From positions 9,241-73,240 of IMG/VR virus record IMGVR_UViG_2562617057_000010: a stretch of 64,000 bases of DNA; one strand, written 5' to 3'. The notes under the pieces were generated by a model. The model worked only from the letters and a program-made list of their open reading frames with translations. It had not been told where the DNA came from and did no database searches. A program made the translations under genes and the position numbers. Within the stretch, counting starts at the first letter, position 1, and each line of letters starts with the position of its first letter. The DNA is from a virus (taxonomy: Duplodnaviria > Heunggongvirae > Uroviricota > Caudoviricetes). This document shows positions 1 to 9,459 of the stretch, piece after piece.

Positions 1-238
1 TCCGGCAGGGTAACGGAGTAGGCGACGGTGTTCTCATTTACCATTCCGTTGCGATCAACGTTCTGGCGGTGAACTATCTGTGCATCGGGGGGCAATGGTT
101 CGTTTTCAGACGGCGTGTCGGCAATGTTCAGATCCGGGATATTTGCAAATACAAACTGATCAATGATGATACGGTTGCCGCCTGCGGCTTCCTGCGCTTT
201 CAGGCGCTCAAATGCTGAAGTGATAGCGCTCTGGGTCA
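1..238 (-). CDS. tail fibre protein, N-terminal 79 codons (gene continues beyond window start)
   Basis: Start codon at rc(236-238), frame open to position 1 on minus strand (MTQSAITSAFERLKAQEAAGG...); lies downstream of the gpI-like gene as in P2 I-H order; not in supplied ORF track because it is truncated. Confidence 0.4.
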
Positions 239-780
239 TTTTTCATCTCCGGTGCATAAAAATAGTGATAGCTGCCATGCCAGTATCCGTGTCCGATAAC
301 ACAATCCGTGGATGTGATTATCTGAAGATGGTAACGGCGGCAGGTGCGACCGTACTGGCGAATTATCTGATTGAGTAATGTTGTATTTTCTGAGATCTGG
401 TTGTCTGTCAGGCGCAAAAGAACAACATCCCAGTCTGTGCCTGGCTGGCGCTCCTGAATCTCCACATAACCGATCCCCAGTCGTTCAAAAATTGCCCTGA
501 ATCCCGCCACGCTGCCCGCGTCCTGTGCGTTGATAAAGGCATATTTGACACGCTTTCTGTACAGCGTGAGCGGTTCGCCGTCAAAACGGGCTATATCATA
601 TTGCCAGGCTGTCAGGTTCAGAATGGATTCCGCACATGTCAGTGGGTCGGTCTGGCTCAGTGGCCATGTTACCCAGTCGTGCACCTTTCCCCAGAAACGG
701 ATAAAGGTGTTTTTCAGGCGGAGCACATCGCCGCGATTCAGCCATGACGGCAACTTAATGTCCGGTGATTTATCAGGCAT
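208..780 (-). CDS. tail protein, P2 gpI-like (baseplate/fibre attachment)
   Basis: 190-aa ORF overlapping the J-like gene by 8 nt; position after baseplate J as in P2 W-J-I-H. Confidence 0.45.
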   Translation of the reverse strand: MPDKSPDIKLPSWLNRGDVLRLKNTFIRFWGKVHDWVTWPLSQTDPLTCAESILNLTAWQYDIARFDGEPLTLYRKRVKYAFINAQDAGSVAGFRAIFERLGIGYVEIQERQPGTDWDVVLLRLTDNQISENTTLLNQIIRQYGRTCRRYHLQIITSTDCVIGHGYWHGSYHYFYAPEMKNDPERYHFSI

Positions 781-1951
781 TCTTCACCTCAACTGTCAGT
801 GTGTTCAGGCGGGGTACGTTCAGATCGCTGATGATATCCTCAAGGGAAAACGTCACGGATCCCACCAGAGGAAAGGTGTCATGCAGTTCGCGTCCCAGTT
901 GCGAGAATGAAAAGCGACTGTATGGCCATGTGCGGGTTACGTCGTAGTTACTGTTTTCACGGAATGCACAACGAATCAGGTTTTCAGTGCCTGATTTCAG
1001 GGCGTCGATATCGTTTTTGCTGATATTGGAAAGGTTTTCAACATACACCGTAACCGCCAGATCGTGGCGGGTTTCCGGCATGGCAAAACAACGCATATCA
1101 TCGCCGTGGCCGTGATGTCCCTGTGCCATGATGTAATCATTCACGCTGTCAACCCAGGGTTGCGAAATAACCCCGGTATCCAGCAGCAGGTAGGCATTAG
1201 TTGTACCAGGTCCTCGCGGGGCGTCATGTAAAAAGAAGATGCGATCGATGGTCAGTCCGGCCTGTGCAGCTATCAGGCTGCGGTAAACTGCGTCAGTGTG
1301 ATAACTGCCGGCAAGGTTAAACTGGTTACGGCAACGATCTTTCAGTTCGTCGTCACTTTCGCGGTTTGCGCCCGGTATGGTCAGCCAGTTATCACCGTTA
1401 CGTACAGACGCAATTCCGTTAATCGCTTTGGGGAGTATCTGGTAATAGCCTGGTGCCAGATTGAATGCCGTACCGCTGTCGGTGGCGATCACATCAATAA
1501 GGGTGCTTTGCGTGCCTGCGGGGATAATTACCTGCTCGCGGGTCGCCATGGAATAAATCACACCGTTAATACGCTCCGTCTGAATCAGTGTGCCAGCCGG
1601 TACGGTCACACTGTCATTCTGGTTGTTTTTGGTAAAAATGATTTTACCGATCGCACGCGTGGCTTCCTTGCGGGTAAGCTTGAGGGCGGCAGCGAACAGG
1701 TCAACGAACGGCCCTCTGGCAGTCATCAGAAACAGATTATGCAGTACATTGTCAGCCAGTGTGTCAACAATCCACACATACGGCGTGATAACCAGCAACT
1801 GAATCAGCCGCCAGAATGGCGACATGCGCGACGTATTGGTGATGAGTTTTTCATCATCTGCCACCTGTTGCAGGGTGTCACGTACGGTCTGTTCATCAAC
1901 CGGCATTCCGCTTTCGCGCAGTATGTTTTTGAAGTCGATATTATTCTGCAT
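773..1951 (-). CDS. baseplate assembly protein J-like
   Basis: 392-aa ORF in the baseplate position between small W-like gene and I-like gene; size and context typical of gpJ/gp47 family. Confidence 0.6.
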   Translation of the reverse strand: MQNNIDFKNILRESGMPVDEQTVRDTLQQVADDEKLITNTSRMSPFWRLIQLLVITPYVWIVDTLADNVLHNLFLMTARGPFVDLFAAALKLTRKEATRAIGKIIFTKNNQNDSVTVPAGTLIQTERINGVIYSMATREQVIIPAGTQSTLIDVIATDSGTAFNLAPGYYQILPKAINGIASVRNGDNWLTIPGANRESDDELKDRCRNQFNLAGSYHTDAVYRSLIAAQAGLTIDRIFFLHDAPRGPGTTNAYLLLDTGVISQPWVDSVNDYIMAQGHHGHGDDMRCFAMPETRHDLAVTVYVENLSNISKNDIDALKSGTENLIRCAFRENSNYDVTRTWPYSRFSFSQLGRELHDTFPLVGSVTFSLEDIISDLNVPRLNTLTVEVKNA

Positions 1952-2279
1952 AGCGCATCCCCTGGCTTAACTGACCAAAATCGTAGGTATCGGCGGTAAC
2001 AAGGAGCTGGCCGCGTTGCTCTTCGTCAATAAATACGGAGCCGGGAATGAGGCGTTCATCCTCCTCCAGGAGTATCACCATTTGCGTGAACAGGTCGGCC
2101 CTGAGTGTGGGGCTGTTCTCCGCAATCAGACGACAGGGCAGACCACTTTCAATCAGGGCGTGAATCATGTCCTGAGCAATACTCTGGCGGTTGTCACACA
2201 AGACCGGCTCACTGGCGGAGTTGAACGTAAGATCGCCGTCAGTAATGAGCAGGTCGATATAAAGTGATTTCGTACTCAT
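1941..2279 (-). CDS. small baseplate/tail protein (gpW-like by position)
   Basis: 112-aa ORF immediately after tape measure gene and overlapping J-like gene; assignment by size and position only. Confidence 0.35.
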   Translation of the reverse strand: MSTKSLYIDLLITDGDLTFNSASEPVLCDNRQSIAQDMIHALIESGLPCRLIAENSPTLRADLFTQMVILLEEDERLIPGSVFIDEEQRGQLLVTADTYDFGQLSQGMRYAE

Positions 2280-2282
2280 TTG

Positions 2283-4364
2283 TCACCCCGCTGCCAGTTC
2301 GCTGTATTCCGCCAGTTGTCCCGGTGTCGCCAGGGTGTCAACGTGCAGTGTGATATCCTGCTTAACGTTGTTATTGGTGACTTTGTCGCCCCGGTTGTTG
2401 CTTATCTGGTGACTTACCGGCCCGCCCTGGATGGCGGCGCTACGGTTGCCAGTGATAAGCTCCGGGGCGGGTGTCGGTGCGACGGTCTGTTGTGCGGTGC
2501 TGATATTGACACCGGGGATTTTGTTGAGCTTCTCTGCTATCCAGTTCCATGTCCCGGTAAAGGCGCTCTTAATGGAATCCCATATGCCGTCAAAGAGCTT
2601 GCCAATTCCAGCTGTGATATTGCCGAATGTGTCGGCCAGCGAGAAATTTTTAAACCAGTTCGTCAGATTGTCCCATCCGGCTTTAATGCTGTTCCATGCA
2701 TCATCAAACCAGCCCACCACAGCGTTAATGACTTTTAGCAGGGCACTGAAAGCTTCCGTGTCCATGATGGCGGCTTTAATACTGTCCCAGTATTTGATAG
2801 CCAGACAGATCCCTACGGCAAGTGCGGCAATGGCGAGAATAATCAGGGTTATGGGACTTATCAGGAGTTGAAGCGCACCGCCTGCGAATGCCGTCGCCAC
2901 GCCCCACAGGCGCATTGCAACCGCGCCCGCACGTAACACTACGTTCCAGGCTACGATCGCTGCTTTACAGATCCCTGCCCAAAGAGCGACCAGCTTTGAC
3001 CACACCCAGACGGCTTTTTCCTGAATCCATAGCCCCATCAGGCCAAGACGGGTTGAAAGCAGGGAGGGGCGTAATAAATCCAGGGTGAAGATTAGTCCTT
3101 TCCATGCGCCTTTCAGCACGCCAGCAATTCCGCTGAGCCCGGTCATGATAAAGCCGAAGGCCCCCATCGTGATACTGGCAAGCGCCCCTGCTGCGGCAAA
3201 GGCGAGGGTCATTGCAGTGATATATCCCAGCCAGCGGGCAATATTGGGGAACGTATCCAGCCATTTCATGAAGGCTTTCCCGCCGGTGATGATTTTTTGC
3301 AGGAACGGGGCAAAGACGGGATCGAGCCGCAGACCGATGCTGACGCGAACCTGCTCCAGTAAAGAATTAACCTGATCCCACGGGTCAACCATCTTTTTCG
3401 CCATTTCGATGGCTTTATCCATGCCTTTGATGTTACCTAATGTATTGATGTTCCGTTTCAGCCCGTCAACATCTCCGGCCAGTAGTTTAATCATGGACAC
3501 CGCTTCATCGCTGCCAAAGGCTTTTTTCAGCAGGTCTGCATCTGCCACTTTTGACAAATCGCCAAACTTTCCTTTAATCAGGTCGATGATACCGGTAATG
3601 CTTCTGGCACTGCCGTCCCGGTTGGTAAAGTTCAGCCCCAGCACTTTTTGCGCATTCCCAATCCCCGCCAGGAATGATTTATATTTGGTTCCCGCCTCGC
3701 TGCCTGACATGGTGGACTGGAGCTGTCCCAGTACGGCGAACTGTTCAGCGGCAGATACCTTCATTGCCTGCGCGTTGGCACCCAGCGCAGTAAAGGCAGC
3801 AGACATTTCATTACCGGTAGTTTTGAACACCTGAACGGCGGTTGCGGTCTGCCCGGCAATTTGTTCAACCCACTGCGTGCGCCCCATCTTCTCTGCGGTA
3901 TTTTTAAAAACACCGTACATGGTGCCCATATAGTTAGTAATGGTGGCCGTGTCTGATTTGGTGGCTTTGGCGAGAATGGCGGATGCTTCAGTAAATTTTG
4001 GCAGTTCGTCACCCTGAAGTCCTGCGATGGCGGACTGGATATCGTAGGCGCTGCGGACGAAATTGCTGGCGCTTTCGCCGTAGTTAATGGCAAACGTCTG
4101 TGAAGTTTTACGCAGCTGATCGAGTGTTTTATTTGCCACATCCAGCGAGCTGACTTCGGCCAGCGCGGCTTCCATGTCGCGGGCGGGGTTGACCAGTCCT
4201 TTTATTCCCTGAGCAGCCCCCCATAACCCGGCCACACCAAAACCGAGACGTTTAAAGTCGGCTGTTGCCTTGTCAGCAAATCCGGTCACAGCCGATTGCG
4301 CCTGTTTTAAGGGTCTCGTCAGCTTATCAACCAGACTTAGCGTAAAATCAAGTTCAGCAGCCAT
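2283..4364 (-). CDS. tail tape measure protein
   Basis: 693-aa ORF with Ala/Gly-rich N-half and long hydrophobic core (LAFAAAGALASITMGAFGFIMTGLSGIAG...); start ATG overlaps stop of the chaperone -1 frame. Confidence 0.8.
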   Translation of the reverse strand: MAAELDFTLSLVDKLTRPLKQAQSAVTGFADKATADFKRLGFGVAGLWGAAQGIKGLVNPARDMEAALAEVSSLDVANKTLDQLRKTSQTFAINYGESASNFVRSAYDIQSAIAGLQGDELPKFTEASAILAKATKSDTATITNYMGTMYGVFKNTAEKMGRTQWVEQIAGQTATAVQVFKTTGNEMSAAFTALGANAQAMKVSAAEQFAVLGQLQSTMSGSEAGTKYKSFLAGIGNAQKVLGLNFTNRDGSARSITGIIDLIKGKFGDLSKVADADLLKKAFGSDEAVSMIKLLAGDVDGLKRNINTLGNIKGMDKAIEMAKKMVDPWDQVNSLLEQVRVSIGLRLDPVFAPFLQKIITGGKAFMKWLDTFPNIARWLGYITAMTLAFAAAGALASITMGAFGFIMTGLSGIAGVLKGAWKGLIFTLDLLRPSLLSTRLGLMGLWIQEKAVWVWSKLVALWAGICKAAIVAWNVVLRAGAVAMRLWGVATAFAGGALQLLISPITLIILAIAALAVGICLAIKYWDSIKAAIMDTEAFSALLKVINAVVGWFDDAWNSIKAGWDNLTNWFKNFSLADTFGNITAGIGKLFDGIWDSIKSAFTGTWNWIAEKLNKIPGVNISTAQQTVAPTPAPELITGNRSAAIQGGPVSHQISNNRGDKVTNNNVKQDITLHVDTLATPGQLAEYSELAAG

Positions 4365-4851
4365 TACCCACCTTTAAATGCTCTCGCAATGCCGTTATTG
4401 ACGGCAACACTCATGTTTTCGAAATAACGGTTGTCCAGCCAGACCGCAGCGGCAATGTCTTCCGGTGTGTCCTCGCCATCCGGTAGCCAGTGGCGGCGTA
4501 ATACCAGATATTGCGCGTAGCCGTTGCGCTCAATGCCGGACAGTGCCGCCTTTATTTTTTTACGGTGATATCCAGATTGACGGCAAAATCTTCATTGAGT
4601 TTTGCTGCCATCTGAAGGGCTGCTCCCGGGCGGTGAATGAGCTTCTCCAGTTTCTCTTTGTCTTCCGGGTGTACGCAGCGCATCAGGTAGTTTTTGGCTG
4701 GCGCCACCTTGTTATCCATCGTTATTTCATTCACGAACTTGTTGTAGACAGCTTCGGTCGGGGCGAAGCGAATGTCCTCGCCTGCGACGGTCAGGGTGAT
4801 GATGGTGGTATTTTCGTCTTTCATGCTATTTTCCCCGGTGAGTGGTGCCAT
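4364..4851 (-). CDS. tail assembly chaperone, -1 frameshift fusion product (about 161 aa)
   Basis: -1 frame from A AAA AAA site is open for 63 codons (IKAALSGIERNGYAQYLVLRRHWLPDGEDTPEDIAAAVWLDNRYFENMSVAVNNGIARAFKGG) and stops at TAA overlapping the tape measure ATG (TAATG). Confidence 0.45.
4552..4851 (-). CDS. tail assembly chaperone (short, in-frame product)
   Basis: 99-aa ORF directly upstream of tape measure gene; ends ...ITVKK-stop on an A7 run. Confidence 0.6.
   Translation of the reverse strand: MAPLTGENSMKDENTTIITLTVAGEDIRFAPTEAVYNKFVNEITMDNKVAPAKNYLMRCVHPEDKEKLEKLIHRPGAALQMAAKLNEDFAVNLDITVKK
4555..4561 (-). other. slippery heptamer A AAA AAA for programmed -1 ribosomal frameshift
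   Basis: Seven consecutive A on minus strand followed by zero-frame TAA; same site class as dnaX A AAA AAG. Confidence 0.45.
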
Positions 4852-4854
4852 TTT

Positions 4855-5319
4855 TTAATGACATTGTTCAGTAATGTACTGTTGCAGGCCGTTCACTTGT
4901 GCAACGACGGCTTTCGCTTCGGCTCTGAGATGCTGATAATCCCGTTCAGCGTCCGGAGTAAGTCGGGCGGCGGTTGCATCAGTTGAGCCGGTGGCGGTGG
5001 TATCACGCGTGGCGGCGGGCATACAGACGGCGTGGAGCTGCAACCGGCGACGGCCAGAAGCAAGATCGGCGCGTAACTTTTCGGATTCAGCTTTTGCATT
5101 GGCGAGCTCCTTTGTGTATTTCGCATCAAGCGCGGCGTTCTGGCGCTGACGCAGTGTCATGTCGTCAATGGTCTGCTGTCGGGTGTCGGCAAGATTTACG
5201 GCTTTCTGGCGGGCTTTTTCTGCCTTGGTGAAGCGGTTGTGCCAGTAGTCAGCTGTGAAGCCGAGCACGGCCACGGCGACGACCATGAAGACGATAAAGG
5301 CGAGTGTTGCGCGTTTCAT
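4855..5319 (-). CDS. i-spanin (Rz-like)
   Basis: 154 aa, N-terminal TM helix (LAFIVFMVVAVAVLGF) then charged coiled-coil region (DAKYTKELANAKAESEKLRADLASGRRRLQL); follows endolysin. Confidence 0.8.
   Translation of the reverse strand: MKRATLAFIVFMVVAVAVLGFTADYWHNRFTKAEKARQKAVNLADTRQQTIDDMTLRQRQNAALDAKYTKELANAKAESEKLRADLASGRRRLQLHAVCMPAATRDTTATGSTDATAARLTPDAERDYQHLRAEAKAVVAQVNGLQQYITEQCH
4893..5129 (-). CDS. o-spanin (Rz1-like lipoprotein), embedded in the i-spanin gene in another frame
   Basis: Signal peptide with lipobox (LLLAVAGC), Pro-rich mature part (PPPRVIPPPPAQLMQPPP); lies wholly inside the Rz-like ORF; likely true start at internal Met near 5099. Confidence 0.75.
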   Translation of the reverse strand: MMRNTQRSSPMQKLNPKSYAPILLLAVAGCSSTPSVCPPPRVIPPPPAQLMQPPPDLLRTLNGIISISEPKRKPSLHK

Positions 5320-5325
5320 GTGGCC

Positions 5326-5769
5326 TTACCTCTGTCCCAGAAACATTGCCCGCTCACGTCCGCGACGCGGGGCCAGAATTGTCGGGTTACTGCCTGCGCG
5401 GCTCCATTTCAGGAAAGCATCAGCGGCGGCGGTGTAGTTGCCGGCGTTTAACTGACGGCGAACGGTGGAACCGATAAAAGCGTCAGCGCCGATATTGAAA
5501 ATCAGGCTACACAACGCGTCATACTGACTCTGGTTCAGCGGAACTGTTACCCGTTCAGCGATGCAGTGCTCCACCCATGACAGATCGTCGCGTAGCAGTC
5601 TGTCGGCGGTGTCCTGGGTGATGGTCATGCCTTTGTGAACTGCGACACCATCAACCTTTCCTGTGTGACCTGTACCAATGGTCCATACGCCGCGCGGATC
5701 GGGGTAAGCGGTCAGTTTGCAGTTTTCTTCGCGTTTAAGTGCGGCCAGCCCGTTGTCTGAAATTTTCAT
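5326..5769 (-). CDS. endolysin, T4-type lysozyme (GH24)
   Basis: 147 aa with E-x8-D-x5-T catalytic pattern (EENCKLTAYPDPRGVWTIGTGHT); 4-nt overlap with upstream holin gene. Confidence 0.85.
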   Translation of the reverse strand: MKISDNGLAALKREENCKLTAYPDPRGVWTIGTGHTGKVDGVAVHKGMTITQDTADRLLRDDLSWVEHCIAERVTVPLNQSQYDALCSLIFNIGADAFIGSTVRRQLNAGNYTAAADAFLKWSRAGSNPTILAPRRGRERAMFLGQR

Positions 5770-6104
5770 TCGTCACTTTTCCCTGCAAATTTCTTTGTGA
5801 TGAACACACCCAGTGCCCGGATATGTTCAACACCAATAAGGCCAATTGCGGCACCGATACCGACGCGCCAGTCTTCGGTCAGCCATGCGACGGGGACCGG
5901 CTTAATGAGGGTGAATGCCGCCACGGCCAGCAGGCAACACAACGGCACCTCAAGCAAAAGACGACGCCAGCTGCGGCCTGTGTAAAACACTCTGAGTGCT
6001 GCAATGACGGCAGTCATCAGCAGACTGTCAAGAGGGATATCACCACGTAACCAGTCTTTGATTATCGCCAGCCAGTCGCTCCAGTTGTGGGGGGTGCTTT
6101 GCAT
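5766..6104 (-). CDS. holin (candidate)
   Basis: 112-aa protein with hydrophobic helices and charged C-terminus (KKFAGKSDE), immediately upstream of and overlapping the endolysin gene. Confidence 0.55.
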   Translation of the reverse strand: MQSTPHNWSDWLAIIKDWLRGDIPLDSLLMTAVIAALRVFYTGRSWRRLLLEVPLCCLLAVAAFTLIKPVPVAWLTEDWRVGIGAAIGLIGVEHIRALGVFITKKFAGKSDE

Positions 6105-6112
6105 TGTCTTTC

Positions 6113-6574
6113 CTATTGGTTCATGATGTCCCGAACATCGGTGGCGCTGAGAACCGGAACACCGTCAATTTTGACGAACTCCGGCGAAGTCACCATAAAT
6201 TTGATTTTATGGCTTATGTTGTCACCGCCCTTGCTGTCGATATTCAGCAGGTTACTGATCAGCAGTTTGCAACCAAAGGCTTCCACCCTGAGTTCTGTCT
6301 TTGCTGCACGGGCAAAGAAGAGAAAGTCGGCTTCTTCGATGTCGCGCCAGCTCCCTGCTTCACGCGCGGCTTCACCAAGAAGCTGGAAGTTAACGGTATC
6401 CAGTTCAATTTCACCGCCGGCTTCCACGTCGCCGCGTACCCAGCCATCAGGTACACCGCGCTCCTGAATGGCTTTGGTGTTGTCGGTAATATCAAGGGTG
6501 GCGGTTTTTACGTGAACGATGCGGCCATTAAATGACGTGTCAAAGCTCATACCACTGATGCGTTCGGTGTTCAT
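6113..6574 (-). CDS. tail tube protein (candidate)
   Basis: 153-aa ORF directly downstream of the sheath-sized gene; assignment by size and position. Confidence 0.5.
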   Translation of the reverse strand: MNTERISGMSFDTSFNGRIVHVKTATLDITDNTKAIQERGVPDGWVRGDVEAGGEIELDTVNFQLLGEAAREAGSWRDIEEADFLFFARAAKTELRVEAFGCKLLISNLLNIDSKGGDNISHKIKFMVTSPEFVKIDGVPVLSATDVRDIMNQ

Positions 6575-6577
6575 GGG

Positions 6578-7702
6578 TTACTCTCCGCTTTCGTCCAGCA
6601 TGATGCTGATGGTGATTTCTTTCGGGCAGTTATACGGGCGAACCACGATCGCAATCTGCACTTTGTCTTTTTCCGGCCATGAGATTTTTACGTCGCCGTC
6701 GTGCGGTGACATGCAAAGGCCAGGGAATACCGTGCCGTTGATTTTCAGGCTCTTTGCGCCGTCGCGCATGGGCTTCGCGAAAAGCTGTTGGTGCGCGGCC
6801 ACACTTGCCGGGGTGGAGTTCAGTGAGCGATCGGCGATTTTTGGGATAGCCAGCAAACGCACCTGACGGGCCATTTCATCGGCAACGCGCAGATATTCGA
6901 TAGCCTGATAATCGCCACCGTCCACATCGAGCGTGACGCCGTCGGCCCAGTAGTAACCTTCGTAGTCGGGATACCACGTTGGTACGCTGAAACGCGCCCT
7001 GTTCAGGGCCCTGATGGTGGCAATGTCCAGTTCGCGCTTGTCGCTGTCCTGCGGTTTATCGTTGCGGCCCATATTGACCAGTGCGCCGGTTGCAACACGG
7101 GCGGGGGAATCAGCAATCGTCACTGATGGATTGCAAAGGCGACCGGCCAGTATCCCCGGTTCATTGCCGAACAGCATCGGGGTAAGCTGCACCGCGTAAG
7201 CGGCAATGCCTTTCTGTAGTCCGGTCATGGCGGTGACGTATTCTGACCACTTCTCGCCTGTTCCGCAGCCGCGAATAGCTAGGATAAACCATGTCCAGCG
7301 CTGGAAGGTGTTATTGAGTTTGCTGCGCAGTTGCTGCGCTTTGTCGATATCGTTACCTGAGGCGTTAGCGCGAACAACGACAACGCCTTCCACCGAGAGG
7401 GTGGCCTGTGCATCCATAACCACATCAGCCCACGTTCGGGTCTGACCAGAAGGCTGGGGTGTCTGCACGGTTGCCAGCCAGATCATGGCATTTTGTCCGG
7501 CATTATCCAGAAACGCCTGCACGTTACTGCGTAACAATGAATCCTTTGTTCCTAACAGCGAGTCAAGATCGGTTTGTGCTGTAACCGGTGTCGGGAGAAT
7601 GGCTTTTGTATGCTCGCCCACCATCAGCAGGGTGCAGGCGATCCCACGCTTGCTTCCGCTGTGGGTGTTGAGCTGATTAATTGTGACCTGTGGAAACGTC
7701 AT
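6578..7702 (-). CDS. tail sheath protein (candidate)
   Basis: 374-aa ORF followed by tube-sized gene, chaperone pair and tape measure; assignment by order and size. Confidence 0.5.
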   Translation of the reverse strand: MTFPQVTINQLNTHSGSKRGIACTLLMVGEHTKAILPTPVTAQTDLDSLLGTKDSLLRSNVQAFLDNAGQNAMIWLATVQTPQPSGQTRTWADVVMDAQATLSVEGVVVVRANASGNDIDKAQQLRSKLNNTFQRWTWFILAIRGCGTGEKWSEYVTAMTGLQKGIAAYAVQLTPMLFGNEPGILAGRLCNPSVTIADSPARVATGALVNMGRNDKPQDSDKRELDIATIRALNRARFSVPTWYPDYEGYYWADGVTLDVDGGDYQAIEYLRVADEMARQVRLLAIPKIADRSLNSTPASVAAHQQLFAKPMRDGAKSLKINGTVFPGLCMSPHDGDVKISWPEKDKVQIAIVVRPYNCPKEITISIMLDESGE

Positions 7703-7705
7703 GGG

Positions 7706-8434
7706 TTATTTCCTCTTAATGTCCTGCGGCTTTGTCTGCCAGCCATAATTGATGCCCTGCAACTGGCGGGACAGTATCCGTGCAAATTCCTCGTTACTGA
7801 CACCAAGGAACTGACGGGGTGGGATGGTTATCGTCCAGTAGCTTTTGGATGGTATGCCTTCCATGCTGCGGATAATCACGCCTGCCTGCCCTTTCGTGAG
7901 CGACGTCCGGATATCTGCCGTTGATGGTTTGCGGCGCGTCCCCCTTTTTTTGCCGCTCACCGTATAGCCCAGCTTGCGCAGCTTTATCGCCTGACGGCGG
8001 GAGCAGGGTTCCTTGCTGGCTTTTTCCATCGCGTCGGTTTTCAGCTGCGATGCGTTCACTGTGAACGTAACGCCATGGCTCTGGATATATCCCACTGCAC
8101 CCACGCTGATTTCCCTGTGGTTGTGGGGCTGGCGATAGCTCCTGCCTGCTGCGTATATACGCACCGATTTCGCTGATGGCATGTCGTGCACTTTCAGAAA
8201 TTTAGGGAGCCCCTTCAGCAGCGGTCTGTTGCCATAGCGGCGTTCTGCAAAACTGCTGCCATCAACATTCTTTTGTTCGCGAACATGGCGCTTTGCGGCC
8301 GGAATAACGCCGCGTTTTGCGATATGCTGCAGCAGACGCTGTTGTTTTGCCGGGGGGAGCTCACCGTTGGCCAGCATTGTCTGCAACTGCTTAAGCTGTG
8401 TCCGGTTAAGTTCGCCGTGCAGGGAGATGTCCAT
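7706..8434 (-). CDS. virion morphogenesis / tail completion protein (candidate)
   Basis: 242-aa ORF between head completion gene and sheath, basic C-terminal region; position only. Confidence 0.35.
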   Translation of the reverse strand: MDISLHGELNRTQLKQLQTMLANGELPPAKQQRLLQHIAKRGVIPAAKRHVREQKNVDGSSFAERRYGNRPLLKGLPKFLKVHDMPSAKSVRIYAAGRSYRQPHNHREISVGAVGYIQSHGVTFTVNASQLKTDAMEKASKEPCSRRQAIKLRKLGYTVSGKKRGTRRKPSTADIRTSLTKGQAGVIIRSMEGIPSKSYWTITIPPRQFLGVSNEEFARILSRQLQGINYGWQTKPQDIKRK

Positions 8435-8437
8435 TGT

Positions 8438-8917
8438 TTATTTCCCTGCCCTGATGGTGGATACAGTGATATTTTCTGCCACCCAGATCTCTGGCTTATC
8501 CAGCCGGTAACGGATGCCGCCCATCATGATAAAACCGGCCTCGTCCGGGATCAGAATGATGGGGTCAGCGAGCGGCATACTGACAGTCACTTCTGCAATG
8601 TTGTCGTCCGTGGGTTCGATGTTGACATCCGGCGCATCAAGCTCAAGCTGGCTGTAGTAGTCATTAGCCTGTTCGTCCCGCCAGACAAGTAGGGCGCATA
8701 ACAGCAAATCAGGGTCAACCTGACGCCATGGCCAGCGCTGCCAGTCGAACACGGCGTTGTACTGGCGAATACCCATTCTTATCTGTCCAAGCCCCATGTC
8801 TTTCTCTGCGGGCAAAAGACGAATATCACTCATCCACGAATCAAAGCCGGTATTGTCAAACACGGAAATGTCAAACACCTGCCGCAGATATGCATAAAGG
8901 CTGTCGAACTGGCTCAT
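8438..8917 (-). CDS. tail completion-like protein (candidate)
   Basis: 159-aa ORF overlapping gpL-like gene by 4 nt; position only. Confidence 0.3.
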   Translation of the reverse strand: MSQFDSLYAYLRQVFDISVFDNTGFDSWMSDIRLLPAEKDMGLGQIRMGIRQYNAVFDWQRWPWRQVDPDLLLCALLVWRDEQANDYYSQLELDAPDVNIEPTDDNIAEVTVSMPLADPIILIPDEAGFIMMGGIRYRLDKPEIWVAENITVSTIRAGK

Positions 8918-9459
8918 AAGATGTACACTCCCACACGGCCTGCGCCCTGGATAGCACGCAGCACAAAGGCCGCTTCAGCAAGCAGGGTTTCGCGGGTGTC
9001 ATTACTGTCGATATTGCTGTCGGCGTGGCGGGTGTTCACCGCCGTAAACTCACCGAGAAGATCGGCTTTGGCGCGGGCAAAGACCGCTTTTTTGTATTGT
9101 GCGCAAAGGGCGCTTTCTCCGTTAAGTTGCGGGCCTTCCACGTCCGCCGCCTGCGCTATTCCCTGCACTACGTAGCGGGATTTCACACCGGTCAGTGCGG
9201 TGTTCACCTCAAAGATGGCAGACAATAACGCCTGTTCTGCCAGTGATGCAGGGATATCCAGTGGGATAGTTCGGCTTTTGCGAAAATCAGCCATGGACAG
9301 ATCCGGCCAGAAGCCATCATTTTTAAGCATGCCTGTAGCAGTGTCTGTGTTCTGGTCTGTGCTGTAGCCTGGTTTCAGGTTCATGGCTGATTCTCTGTGT
9401 AGGTCAGGTCGGGCGAACGGTTCCGCGGCATGACTGACGCTTGTGCGTGTCATCCTCAC
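8914..9459 (-). CDS. head completion/stabilization protein, P2 gpL-like (candidate)
   Basis: 181-aa ORF (GTG at 9459 or ATG at 9453) at the position of P2 L; its partner gene M lies 36 kb away across the Mu-like insertion. Confidence 0.45.
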   Translation of the reverse strand: MRMTRTSVSHAAEPFARPDLHRESAMNLKPGYSTDQNTDTATGMLKNDGFWPDLSMADFRKSRTIPLDIPASLAEQALLSAIFEVNTALTGVKSRYVVQGIAQAADVEGPQLNGESALCAQYKKAVFARAKADLLGEFTAVNTRHADSNIDSNDTRETLLAEAAFVLRAIQGAGRVGVYIL

